Source: an uncultured bacterium (GTDB lineage Bacteria; Krumholzibacteriota; Krumholzibacteriia; JACNKJ01). Taken from it: a stretch of DNA of 64,000 nt. A model generated the notes under the pieces. It was not told the origin of the DNA. It did not search any database and saw nothing but the letters and a program-made list of their open reading frames with translations. A program made the translations under genes and the position numbers. The stretch is taken from assembly GCA_963695095.1 (NCBI GenBank), contig CAVOFT010000001.1, forward strand, positions 1,856,001-1,920,000. The letters are read 5' to 3'. Below are positions 28,169-37,517 of the stretch, in pieces; position 1 is the stretch's first letter; each line of letters begins with the position of its first letter.

Positions 28169-28945
28169 GTGACCTGGCCTGTCATCGAAACCGAGAGCGT
28201 CGTGCTCTACATGCTGATCCTGGCCCGCACGGCGGCCTTCTTCGCCGTCTTCCCCGGCCTGGGCGGCGGGGCGGTGCCGATGCGGATCAAGGCCGGGGCC
28301 GCGGCGACGCTGAGCGCGCTGCTCTTCACCGCGGTGCCGGCGCCTGCCCTCTTGCCCGCGGATGCCCTGGCGCAGGTGCTGCTCATCCTGCGCGAGACGA
28401 TCGTGGGCCTCCTGCTCGGCTCGCTGGTCAATTTCGTCTTCATGGCCGCCCAGTTCGCAGGCGAGATCGTCGGCGTGCAGATGGGCCTGGCCGCTGCCGG
28501 GATCTACGATCCGAGCACGCAGGAAACCGTCGGCGTGAACGGGCGCTTCTACCACTTCATCGCCCTGCTCCTCTTTCTCAGCCTCGACTTGCACCATCCC
28601 TTCCTGCGCGGCCTGGGCAGCTCGTTCACGCTGCTGCCGGTGGGCGAGACGGGACTGGCTCCGGCCGGCTTCCTGCGCTGGGGGGAGCTGTCCGGTCAGG
28701 TCTTCGCCCTGGCGCTGCGTCTGAGCATGCCGGTGCTCGCGGCGCTGCTCCTGATCGACCTCGCGCTGGGCTTCCTCAGTCGCCTGGTGCCCCAGATGAA
28801 CATCTTTCTGGTCGGCTTTCCGCTGAAGATCGGGGCCGGCCTGATCGTGCTCGCCCTCGGCGTGCGCAGCGCGGGCCCCCTGCTCGTGCGCGCCTGTGAC
28901 CGCCTGGCGATCGATTTCCACTCCCTCCTGACCTGGATGCGCTGA
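28169..28945 (+). CDS. fliR: Export gate protein
   Basis: AGEIVGVQMGL..YDP; GFLSRLVPQMNIFLVGFPLKI. Confidence 0.95.
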   Translation: MTWPVIETESVVLYMLILARTAAFFAVFPGLGGGAVPMRIKAGAAATLSALLFTAVPAPALLPADALAQVLLILRETIVGLLLGSLVNFVFMAAQFAGEIVGVQMGLAAAGIYDPSTQETVGVNGRFYHFIALLLFLSLDLHHPFLRGLGSSFTLLPVGETGLAPAGFLRWGELSGQVFALALRLSMPVLAALLLIDLALGFLSRLVPQMNIFLVGFPLKIGAGLIVLALGVRSAGPLLVRACDRLAIDFHSLLTWMR

Positions 28946-28946
28946 G

Positions 28947-30023
28947 ATGGCCGAGAGCGCGGGACAGGAACGGACAGAGCTCGCCACCCCCAGGCGGCGA
29001 CAGGAGGCGCGTGAGCGCGGCCAGGTCGCGCGCAGCCAGGAGCTGAGCAGCTTCCTCGTGCTCCTGTCGGCCCTGGTCGCACTGGCGGCGCTGGCCCCCC
29101 GTCTCGGCGCGGGGCTCGGCCGCTTTCTCGTGGGCGGCATCGACGCCGCCTTCACGGTGCGCCTGGACGCGAGCACGCTGCCCCTGCTCAATCGCATCTG
29201 GCTCGCGGAGGCCCTGCGCCTGCTCACCCCGCTCTGGCTGATCCTGCTCGTGGTCAGCGTGGGCGCGGCGGTGGCCCAGGTCGGCTTCACGATCAACGGC
29301 GCCCTGCTCGCGCCCAAGCCCGAGCGCATCGATCCCGTCGCCGGCTTCAAGCGGCTGTTCAGCAAGCGCAGCAGCTTCGAGCTGGCCAAGAGCCTGCTCA
29401 AGATGGGCCTGCTGCTCGTGATCACCTGGTGGACGCTCGCCGGCCGCGCGGAGGCCATCGTCGGTCTCTCCGACCTGGAGCTGGGACCGGCCCTGCTCGT
29501 GCTCGGCCAGACCGCGCTGCTGCTGGCCGGGCGGCTGATCATGCTGATGGTGGTCCTCGCCGGCGCCGATTACGCCTTCCAGCGCTGGCAGCACGAGCAG
29601 GACATCATGATGACGCCCCAGGAGTTGAAGGAAGAGTACAAGGAGACGGAGGGCGATCCCCTCATCAAGGCGCGCCTGCGCGCGCTCCAGCGCGAGATCT
29701 CCGTGCGGCGAATGATGGAGGACGTCAAGCGCGCCGACGTCGTCGTCACCAACCCGACCCATGTCGCCGTCGCCCTGCGCTACAAGGCGACGGAAGGCAC
29801 GCCGCGTGTGCTCGCCAAGGGCGCCGACCTCGTGGCGGCGCGCATCCGCGACACCGCTCGCGAGGCGAAGGTGCCGGTGGTGACGAATCCGCCGCTCGCG
29901 CGCGCTCTCTACGCTGAGTGCGAGATCGGCGCCACGATTCCGCTCAAATTCTTCCAGGCCGTGGCCGAGCTCCTGGCCTACGTCTATCGCCTGCGCCCCC
30001 AGGGCGCCCGGGCGGGGGGCTAA
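28947..30023 (+). CDS. flhB: Export substrate-specificity switch
   Basis: ERTELATPRR; KETEGDP; intact NPTH autocleavage motif. Confidence 0.97.
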   Translation: MAESAGQERTELATPRRRQEARERGQVARSQELSSFLVLLSALVALAALAPRLGAGLGRFLVGGIDAAFTVRLDASTLPLLNRIWLAEALRLLTPLWLILLVVSVGAAVAQVGFTINGALLAPKPERIDPVAGFKRLFSKRSSFELAKSLLKMGLLLVITWWTLAGRAEAIVGLSDLELGPALLVLGQTALLLAGRLIMLMVVLAGADYAFQRWQHEQDIMMTPQELKEEYKETEGDPLIKARLRALQREISVRRMMEDVKRADVVVTNPTHVAVALRYKATEGTPRVLAKGADLVAARIRDTAREAKVPVVTNPPLARALYAECEIGATIPLKFFQAVAELLAYVYRLRPQGARAGG

Positions 30024-30032
30024 GGAGTCGCC

Positions 30033-32099
30033 ATGGCCGAGACGCTCCGCACGCAGCGAACGGACGGCATCCTGAAGGGCAATGCCAACATCCTGGTCGG
30101 CGTCGCCCTGATCGGCATTCTCGCCGTGATGGTGCTGCTGTTGCCGGCGCCGCTGCTCGATCTGCTGCTGTCGTTCAACATCACCTTCGCGCTCATCATC
30201 TTGATGGTGACCTTCTACATCAAGGATCCGCTGAGCGTCTCTGTGTTCCCCACCCTGCTGCTCTTCCTGACGCTCTTCCGGCTGGCGCTGAACGTGGCCT
30301 CGACCCGCCTCATCCTGCTCAACGGCTACGCGGGCAAAGTGATCGAGTCCTTCGGCGGTTTCGTGGTGGGCGGCAATCCCGTCGTCGGCCTGGTGGTGTT
30401 CCTGATCCTGGTCATCATCCAGTTCATCGTGATCACCAAGGGCGCCGGCCGCGTGGCCGAGGTGGCCGCCCGCTTCACGCTCGACGCCATGCCCGGCAAG
30501 CAGATGGCCATCGATGCCGACCTGAACGCCGGTCTCATCGATGAGAAGGAGGCGCGCCGGCGCCGGGAACGCATCGGCGATGAAGCGGACTTCTTCGGCG
30601 CCATGGACGGTGCGAGCAAGTTCGTGCGCGGCGATGCGATCGCCGGCATCGTGATCATCGTGGTCAACATCCTGGGCGGCTTCATCATCGGCATCGCCCA
30701 GCTCGGCATGCCCTTCGGCGAGGCCCTGAGCACCTACACGCTGCTCACCGTCGGCGACGGCCTGGTCAGCCAGATCCCGGCCCTGATCATCTCGGTCAGC
30801 TCCGGCATCGTGGTCACCCGCGGCCGCAGCCAGAACGATCTGGGCGAGGATATCATCGGCCAGCTCTTCGGCCAGCCCAAGGCGCTCGGCATCGCCGCCG
30901 GCGCCCTGGGCGTGCTGGGCCTCGTGCCGGGCCTGCCCCACCTGCCATTCCTCGCGCTGGGGGCCCTGAGCGGGGTGGCGGCCTGGCGGCAGCGCGGCCG
31001 GGCTGAGGGCGAGGAGCTGGTCGCCGCGCCGGTCGCCGCGGCGCCGGGGGATCCGCTCGAGGACCGTTCTCTCTTCCAGGTCGATCGCCTCGAACTGGAG
31101 ATCGGCTACGGACTCATCCCGCTCGCCGATGCCTCCCGGCGGGGCAATCTGCTCGAGCGGGTGACGGCCATCCGCCGGCAGCAAGCCACGGAGCTCGGGC
31201 TCTACGTCAGCCCCGTGCGCATCCGCGACAACATCCACCTGAAGCCGGGCGAATACGCCATCAAGCTCAAGGGCGTGGAGCTCGAGCGCGGGGAGATCCT
31301 ACCCGGGCACCTGCTCTGCATCGCCAGCCCAGAGGAGCGGGCGGGGCTGCCCGGCATCGAAACGGTGGAGCCGGCCTTCGGGCTCTCGGCGCTCTGGGTG
31401 CCGGAGGCCGCGCGCGAGACGGCGGCGGACCGGGGGCTCACCCTGGTGGAGCCGCCGGCGGTGATCAGCACGCATCTGGCGGAGATCCTCAGGCGGCATG
31501 CCGACGAGATCATGAGCCGCGAGGACGTCAAGCGCCTGGTCGAGGGCGTGCGCGAGCTGGCGCCGGCTCTGGTGGAGGAGCTCATTCCAGGCCAGGTCAA
31601 GCTGGGCTTCCTGCAGCAGATCCTGGCGACCCTCCTCCACGAGCGCGTGCCCATCCGCGACATGGTCACCATCCTGGAAACGATCGGGGACCACGTCGGC
31701 CAGAGCCACAACGCGGACTTCATCGCTGAAAAGGTGCGCGAGGCGCTCGGACGGGCGATCCTGCGCGAACATCTGGACGAGCGCGGCGCCCTGGCCGTGG
31801 TCACGCTCGATCACCGCGCCGAAGAGCTCTTCCTCGGCGCGCTGAAGCAGTACGGGGAGACCGGCGGCATCTTCTTGCCGCCGGAGACGGCCGAGCGCTT
31901 CCAGGCGCGCCTGCGCGCCGAGGCGGAGCGCGTCACGCGGCGCGGCTACACGCCGGTGATCCTGGTCTCGAGTCCGATCCGGCTCCTGTTCAAGCGCTAT
32001 ACGGAGATCTTCCTGCCCGGCCTGACGGTCCTGGCCTTCGGCGAAGTGCCCGCCGGGACCGAGGTCAATGCCCTGGGGATGGTGAACCTCGATGACTGA
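30033..32099 (+). CDS. flhA: Export apparatus protein
   Basis: RVAEVAARFTLDAMPGKQMAIDADL; GAMDGASKFVRGDA; VRIRDN. Confidence 0.98.
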   Translation: MAETLRTQRTDGILKGNANILVGVALIGILAVMVLLLPAPLLDLLLSFNITFALIILMVTFYIKDPLSVSVFPTLLLFLTLFRLALNVASTRLILLNGYAGKVIESFGGFVVGGNPVVGLVVFLILVIIQFIVITKGAGRVAEVAARFTLDAMPGKQMAIDADLNAGLIDEKEARRRRERIGDEADFFGAMDGASKFVRGDAIAGIVIIVVNILGGFIIGIAQLGMPFGEALSTYTLLTVGDGLVSQIPALIISVSSGIVVTRGRSQNDLGEDIIGQLFGQPKALGIAAGALGVLGLVPGLPHLPFLALGALSGVAAWRQRGRAEGEELVAAPVAAAPGDPLEDRSLFQVDRLELEIGYGLIPLADASRRGNLLERVTAIRRQQATELGLYVSPVRIRDNIHLKPGEYAIKLKGVELERGEILPGHLLCIASPEERAGLPGIETVEPAFGLSALWVPEAARETAADRGLTLVEPPAVISTHLAEILRRHADEIMSREDVKRLVEGVRELAPALVEELIPGQVKLGFLQQILATLLHERVPIRDMVTILETIGDHVGQSHNADFIAEKVREALGRAILREHLDERGALAVVTLDHRAEELFLGALKQYGETGGIFLPPETAERFQARLRAEAERVTRRGYTPVILVSSPIRLLFKRYTEIFLPGLTVLAFGEVPAGTEVNALGMVNLDD

Positions 32100-33138
32100 G
32101 CAGACGGTGGTCGCGCGCGACCTGCGTAGCGCGCTGCGGACGGTTCGGCAGCGTTTCGGCGACGAGGCCCTGATTCTGGAAACGCGTGCGCGGCGGCGGC
32201 CACTGGCCGGCAGCCTCCGCCTGGCCGATGAAATCGAGTTGCGGGTGGGGCTGCCGGGGCCGACGGACAGCCCCGGCAGGGCCGAGCGCAGCCTGGCCGC
32301 CGAGCTCGAGCGACTCGAGCGCCTGATCGCCGACATGGAGTCGGCGCTGACCCTGCCCGAGCCGGCCTACCCACTGGCGGCTGCGCTCGCCGAGCTGGGC
32401 GTGTTGCCCGAGACGCTGGCCCGCCTGAGCGCGGATCACGCCGAGGAGGTGCCGCCGGTCGACCAGGAGCGGGTGGAGCCGGCCTTGGCCCGCCTGGCGC
32501 TCGCGCTGCCCTGCCTGGAGGCGATGGCGGCGGCCGATCTGCGCGGCTTCCACGCCCTCCTGGGCGCCGCGGGCGTGGGGCGCAGCACCCTGGCCATGAA
32601 GCTCTGCGCCGCCGCCGCCGCCAGCGGGACGGATGCCGTGCACCTCGCCTTCGCGCCCACCCACGCGGGCGAGCGGATGCGGCTGGAGGCGGAGGCGATG
32701 GCCGCCGGTCACGAGGTCGTCCTCGCCGTCGACGGCGCGGCGCTCGGCGAGGCCCTGCGCTATCTGCAGCGCCGCGATCTGGTCATCGTCGACATGCCGG
32801 CCTTCCAGCCCGAGCAACTCGGGCTGCTCGAGCGGGCGGCCGATGCCGCTGGCGTGCCGATGCTCCTGCGCCATGCCCTGCTCGCCGCCGACGGCTGGGC
32901 TCGCCTGGCGCCGGGTCTCGGCGAGGCTGCGCACTATCTGGCCATCACGCGCGCCGATCTGGCCGACCCGCTGCGCCTGGCGCTCGATCTGACGCCCGGG
33001 GCCTCGCCATTGCTCTCCTTCGTGGCCGCGGGCCGGGAGCCCGGCACGCCGCTCGCGCTGGCGACGCCGGCCACCCTGCTGGCCGGTCTGCGGGCTTCCC
33101 TGCGGCCCGCTCGCGCCGAGGCGGGGGCGGGGCGATGA
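32092..33138 (+). CDS. flhF: FlhF-like SRP-family protein with degenerate GTPase motifs
   Basis: N-term ALRTVRQRFGDEALILET; GAAGVGRST; DLVIVDMPA; ITRAD; follows flhA. Confidence 0.75.
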   Translation: MTEQTVVARDLRSALRTVRQRFGDEALILETRARRRPLAGSLRLADEIELRVGLPGPTDSPGRAERSLAAELERLERLIADMESALTLPEPAYPLAAALAELGVLPETLARLSADHAEEVPPVDQERVEPALARLALALPCLEAMAAADLRGFHALLGAAGVGRSTLAMKLCAAAAASGTDAVHLAFAPTHAGERMRLEAEAMAAGHEVVLAVDGAALGEALRYLQRRDLVIVDMPAFQPEQLGLLERAADAAGVPMLLRHALLAADGWARLAPGLGEAAHYLAITRADLADPLRLALDLTPGASPLLSFVAAGREPGTPLALATPATLLAGLRASLRPARAEAGAGR

Positions 33139-33329
33139 CCGGCATGCAGCGCCTGAACGTCCTGGTGGCCATCCTGGCCTTTCTCTACGGCATCTGGCGG
33201 GGCTGGCCCCTGGGGCTCGCCCTGCAGAAGGCCCTGATCGCCTACGTGGCGGTCTTCGGGGCCCAGATCCTGGTGATCATCGGCTTGCTGCGTCTGGCCC
33301 GCGGACCCGCCGAGTCCCGGCGGCCCTAG
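33135..33329 (+). CDS. Small two-TM hypothetical membrane protein
   Basis: ATGA overlap with flhF; two hydrophobic stretches; GC3-rich codons. Confidence 0.7.
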   Translation: MTGMQRLNVLVAILAFLYGIWRGWPLGLALQKALIAYVAVFGAQILVIIGLLRLARGPAESRRP

Positions 33330-33345
33330 GCGGTTCGAGGCCGCG

Positions 33346-33361
33346 TGGCACGCTTGCTGCA
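33346..33361 (+). promoter_or_regulatory. Sigma54 promoter of fliA
   Basis: TGGCACGCTTGCTGCA: perfect -24 box, exact GG-N10-GC spacing, intergenic. Confidence 0.8.
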
Positions 33362-33429
33362 AGGAATCATCGGCGTGATGAGCACGGCCCGCGCCGCGCT
33401 GAGCAACTAGCGGAGAGGACGCGCCCAAC

Positions 33430-34245
33430 TTGGAAAAGGCCCTGGCTTTGTGGGAATCCTACCACCGTGCGCGGTCCCCACGGGATCGTGAGCACCTGAT
33501 CGTCCACTACCTGGGCCTGGTCAGATACGTGGCAGGACGGCTGGCAGCCGGCCTGCCGGATTCGGTCGAAATGGACGACCTGGTCGGCGCCGGCATGATC
33601 GGGCTGATGAAGGCGGTCGAGGCCTTCGACCCCGCCAAGGAAGTCAAGTTCGAGACCTACTCGATCCCGCGCATCCGCGGGGCGATGCTCGACGAGCTGC
33701 GCAACCAGGACTGGTTTCCCCGCTCCGTGCGCCGCAAGGCCAAGCGCATCGACGCGGCCGTCCACGAACTCGAGGCGAGGCTGGGCCGCAGCCCCCGCGA
33801 CGTCGAGCTGGCCCGCCATCTCCACCTGGACCTGGAGGACTTCTACCGGCTTGCCGGCGAGGTCTCCCAGTCGAGCCTGCTGTCGATCGAGGAAGAGCTG
33901 CGGGTGGGCAAGGACGGCACCTATGCCTCGGTGCGGGAGATCCTGTCTGATCTACGCGTTCCCAACGCCTGCGAGCGTCTGGCGGACAAGGAGCTGCGGG
34001 CCATCGTGCTCGAGACGCTGGAGCAGCTCGACGAGAAAGAGCGGCTGGTCCTGACTCTGTACTACTTCGAGGAGCTGACCCTGGCCGAGATCGGCGAGGT
34101 GCTGGGGGTCAGCGAGAGCAGGGTGTGTCAGATCCACGGCAAGGCCGTGGGTCGCTTGCGCCTGCGCGTGCGCAGCCGCACGCGAGAACAACCACTGCCG
34201 TTGCGGCGACCTCTCCGGCGCAAGGAGGCGACGGCGCAGAGCTGA
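33430..34245 (+). CDS. fliA: Flagellar sigma factor sigma28 (FliA/WhiG)
   Basis: DDLVGAGMIGL..FETYSIPRIRGAMLDELR..DWFPRSVR; LYYFEELTLAEIGEVLGVSESRVCQIH; TTG start. Confidence 0.96.
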   Translation: MEKALALWESYHRARSPRDREHLIVHYLGLVRYVAGRLAAGLPDSVEMDDLVGAGMIGLMKAVEAFDPAKEVKFETYSIPRIRGAMLDELRNQDWFPRSVRRKAKRIDAAVHELEARLGRSPRDVELARHLHLDLEDFYRLAGEVSQSSLLSIEEELRVGKDGTYASVREILSDLRVPNACERLADKELRAIVLETLEQLDEKERLVLTLYYFEELTLAEIGEVLGVSESRVCQIHGKAVGRLRLRVRSRTREQPLPLRRPLRRKEATAQS

Positions 34246-34255
34246 CGAGGCGGGC

Positions 34256-34489
34256 ATGGAAGAGATCCATCGCATCGAGAAGCCCACGCCGCCGCCCCCG
34301 CCTGTCGGGGGAGGGACGGCCAGCCAACCGGGCCGGCGCCGGCGAGAGGGCTTCCGGGACTACCTCGAACGCCAAGGGCGCGGCGATCGCTCCGACGAGG
34401 AGCCGCCGGCAGCGCCGCCCCCGGCGGAGACGCCGGCCGCGGACGATGAGGACAGGGAGCGGGGCCGGCTCCTGGACGAGCGCGCCTGA
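34256..34489 (+). CDS. Small Pro-rich hypothetical protein ending GRLLDERA
   Basis: RBS GAGG; packed directly after fliA. Confidence 0.6.
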   Translation: MEEIHRIEKPTPPPPPVGGGTASQPGRRRREGFRDYLERQGRGDRSDEEPPAAPPPAETPAADDEDRERGRLLDERA

Positions 34490-34513
34490 GCGGCGGCGCC
34501 GTCGAGAAGGGAG

Positions 34514-34894
34514 ATGCCGATGCGGGAGATCCTGGATTCGCTGCTGCAGGGGGGAAGCCCGACCCTGGCCCTCTGGACGGGGCTCTTCGGCACGGGCCTG
34601 CTCCTGCTGATCGGATTGGCGCGCCGCTTGCGCGCGGATCGGGCTGCGCGCGGGGAATCCGCCCGGCGCGAAGCGCCGCGGCTGGACACCGGGGGCCAGC
34701 GGCGTCAAGCGAAGTCGGCCTACGCTGCCCACAGCGCGGGGGCGGGACCCCTGCCGCCGAAGGACGATGCGGGGCCGTCGTCTTACAATTCTGGCACGAT
34801 GCCGGCCTCCCCGGCTTGCCCCGCCGAACTGAGCCGGCGGATCGATCGCTTGGAGGCCAAGGTGCAGGCGAGGAGAGCCGGGAGTCATGGCTGA
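34514..34894 (+). CDS. Hypothetical single-TM protein with C-terminal coiled coil
   Basis: RBS AAGGGAG; LALWTGLFGTGLLLLIGL; ELSRRIDRLEAKV; overlaps the next start. Confidence 0.55.
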   Translation: MPMREILDSLLQGGSPTLALWTGLFGTGLLLLIGLARRLRADRAARGESARREAPRLDTGGQRRQAKSAYAAHSAGAGPLPPKDDAGPSSYNSGTMPASPACPAELSRRIDRLEAKVQARRAGSHG

Positions 34895-35765
34895 CACCCT
34901 CGACAGACTGATGGCCAGGGTGGGCAAGCTGCCCACGATGCCGCACGTGGCTGCGAAGATCCTCGAGCTGGTCGGTGATCCTACGACGAGCGCGCGCAAG
35001 CTCCAGGTCGTCATCGATAGCGATCAGGTGCTGGCGCTGCGCATCCTCAAGGTCGCCAACAGCGCCCTCTACTCGCTGCCGCGCAAGGTGAAGACCCTGC
35101 GCGAAGCCATCGTCATGCTGGGCTTCAATCACATCCGCAGTCTCGTGCTCGCCGAGGCCATCCAGAATCTCTTCAAGGGCAAAGGCAAGCGGGGCGATCT
35201 GCTCGAGTCCCTGCTCTGGGAACATTCGGTGGGCGCGGCGATCGCCGCCAAGACGGTGGCGCGCGAGATCATGCCCGGACTGAGCGAGGAGGCCTTCGTC
35301 ACCACCTTGGTGCATGACATCGGCAAGCTGATCCTGCTCCAGAGCGACCCGCCGGGCTATCACGAGATCATCCAGGAGATCTACGCCGACTACCGGCCCT
35401 TCAGCGAGCTCGAGCAGGCGCGCTACGGCATGGATCACGCCGAGGTGGGGGCGGCCCTCGCCGCGCGCTGGAATCTGCACGAGGGGGCGGTGGCGGCCAT
35501 CCGGCAGCACCACAGCGACTCGGGCGAGGACGCGCTCATCGATCTGCTGCGCATGGGCAATGCCATGGCCTGGAAGGCCGAGTGGGGATTTCGCAAGGAA
35601 CCGGATCTGGCCCTGGCCAGCCTGCCCTGCGCCCAGCGGCTGGGCCTCGGCGAGGAGCTCCTCGCCAACCTGCTGATCGCCAGCCGCGAGCTGCTCGATG
35701 CCGAGCGGCAGACCTTCGGTGTTCCCGAGCTCGGCCGCTCGCGGCGCGAGGAGGGGGCGGCCTAG
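34887..35765 (+). CDS. HDOD-domain protein
   Basis: LPTMPHVAAKIL; DQVLALRILKVANSALY; WEHSV; LVHDIGKL; DHAEVGAALAARWNL. Confidence 0.93.
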   Translation: MADTLDRLMARVGKLPTMPHVAAKILELVGDPTTSARKLQVVIDSDQVLALRILKVANSALYSLPRKVKTLREAIVMLGFNHIRSLVLAEAIQNLFKGKGKRGDLLESLLWEHSVGAAIAAKTVAREIMPGLSEEAFVTTLVHDIGKLILLQSDPPGYHEIIQEIYADYRPFSELEQARYGMDHAEVGAALAARWNLHEGAVAAIRQHHSDSGEDALIDLLRMGNAMAWKAEWGFRKEPDLALASLPCAQRLGLGEELLANLLIASRELLDAERQTFGVPELGRSRREEGAA

Positions 35766-35796
35766 CCGAAAGGCAGGCGTCCCGCCCTGAGCCCTC

Positions 35797-35825
35797 TTGA
35801 CAGGCGCGGCGCGGTCGCCTACATT
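35797..35825 (+). promoter_or_regulatory. Sigma70-type promoter
   Basis: TTGACA-N17-TACATT. Confidence 0.8.
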
Positions 35826-35879
35826 CCTGCCAAGATGTCAGCCGGACTCTGAATCCATTATTCTGCAAAGGGTTGGACT

Positions 35880-37400
35880 ATGTCGCCGGATCCCGCGGTC
35901 AGGGATGACGGCCTCTTCATCGTCAGCCGCGAACCCTCGCTCCTGGCCGCCATCGAGGGCTGGGGCCCCCTGCTGGGCGCGCCGATCTTCGCCCATCCCA
36001 CACTGCAGGCCGCCTATGCGGCGCTGGAGGCCTATCGGCCCCTGCTTCTCCTGCTCGACCGCCGCAGCGAAGCGGGCAGCGTCCTCGGCCTCCTGCGCAA
36101 GTTGCGGCGCCGGCACCGCGACCTCGAACTGATCCTCCTGGAGAGCCCGCGCAGCGAGAAGGTGCGCCGCGAGGAGCGCCTGGCCGGGGTGGACCTCTTC
36201 ATCGACCTCCCCTTGCCGGATCGCGATCTGCGCCTGCTGCTGGAGCGGCGCGTCCGCCTGAGCCGATTCCGGCGGGACTGCCAGATCATCGGCAAGAGCG
36301 AAGCCCTCGAGCAGATCATCGAGATGATCCTGCACATCGCGCCGACGGACATCAGCGTGCTCATCACGGGGGAGAGCGGCACCGGCAAGGAGCTGATCGC
36401 CCAGACCCTGCACAGCCACAGCCGCCGGGCGCAGGCGCCCTTCCTGGCGCTCAACTGCGGCGCCCTGCCGGAAGGCACGCTCGAGAGCGAGCTCTTCGGC
36501 CACGAGCGGGGCGCTTTCACTGGAGCGACGAACGCCCATCCCGGCCACTTCGAGCGCGCCGACGGCGGCACGCTCTTCCTCGACGAGATCGGCGAGCTGA
36601 GTCCGGCCATCCAGATCCGCCTGCTGCGGGTGCTGGAGACCGGCGAGTTCATCCGCGTGGGCGGGGTGCGCACGCAATCGGCCGATGTCCGCCTGCTGGC
36701 GGCGACGAACCGCGACCTCAATCTCGAGGTGCGCGAGGGCCGTTTCCGCCGCGATCTGCTGCATCGCATCAAGGTGATCGAAGTGCGGGTGCCTCCCCTG
36801 CGCGAGCGGTCCGAGGACATCCCTCTGCTCATCGAGCAGTTCCTGCGCGAGCTCCATGCGAAGGAGGGCACGCCGCTCTTCGAACTGGATCCGGAGCTGC
36901 TCGACGTGCTGATGGAGGCGCCCTGGCTCGGCAACATCCGCGAGCTGCGCAACACGGTGCAGCGGATGGCCGTGCTCGCGCGCGGCTCACGGCTTGGCCT
37001 GGCCGACCTGCCCGCGGATTTCCTCCGCCAGGAGGAGGCGCCGCGGGCCAATCTGCCGGTAGCGCTCAGCCTGCGCCCCGAGGACGCTGAGCGCGAACTG
37101 CTCTATCGTTCGCTGCTCGCCTTGCGCGAGGAGGTGGGGGAGGCGCTGGCCATTTTGCGGCGCTTCGAGCGGGACCTGGCGGGCGAGGCCGCGGGCCCGG
37201 GCCGGGAGGCGGAAGGCTTGAGCGGGCTGGGCCGCGACTTGAGCCGGGCCGAGGGCGGCGTGAGCCTGGAGGCCATGGAGCGGCGCCTGGTAGAGAACGC
37301 TCTGGCCGAGAACCGCGGGCATCGGCGGCGCACGGCGCGGCAACTCGGGATCAGCGAACGGACGCTCTACCGCAAGCTCAAGGAGTACGGCCTGGACTGA
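35880..37400 (+). CDS. Sigma54-dependent activator with atypical receiver-like N-terminus
   Basis: GESGTGKE; ESELFGHERGAFTGA; LFLDEIGE; WLGNIREL; LGISERTLYRKL. Confidence 0.93.
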   Translation: MSPDPAVRDDGLFIVSREPSLLAAIEGWGPLLGAPIFAHPTLQAAYAALEAYRPLLLLLDRRSEAGSVLGLLRKLRRRHRDLELILLESPRSEKVRREERLAGVDLFIDLPLPDRDLRLLLERRVRLSRFRRDCQIIGKSEALEQIIEMILHIAPTDISVLITGESGTGKELIAQTLHSHSRRAQAPFLALNCGALPEGTLESELFGHERGAFTGATNAHPGHFERADGGTLFLDEIGELSPAIQIRLLRVLETGEFIRVGGVRTQSADVRLLAATNRDLNLEVREGRFRRDLLHRIKVIEVRVPPLRERSEDIPLLIEQFLRELHAKEGTPLFELDPELLDVLMEAPWLGNIRELRNTVQRMAVLARGSRLGLADLPADFLRQEEAPRANLPVALSLRPEDAERELLYRSLLALREEVGEALAILRRFERDLAGEAAGPGREAEGLSGLGRDLSRAEGGVSLEAMERRLVENALAENRGHRRRTARQLGISERTLYRKLKEYGLD

Positions 37401-37517
37401 AACGGCGGTATTTTCCCTGGCGCCTTGGGCTTGGCTCCCTTAGTATTCAGCGCGTGACCCCCCTCGGCTCGCCCCCTGCGCTGGCAAGGATCCACATTCA
37501 ACGGATGCGGTGAACCC

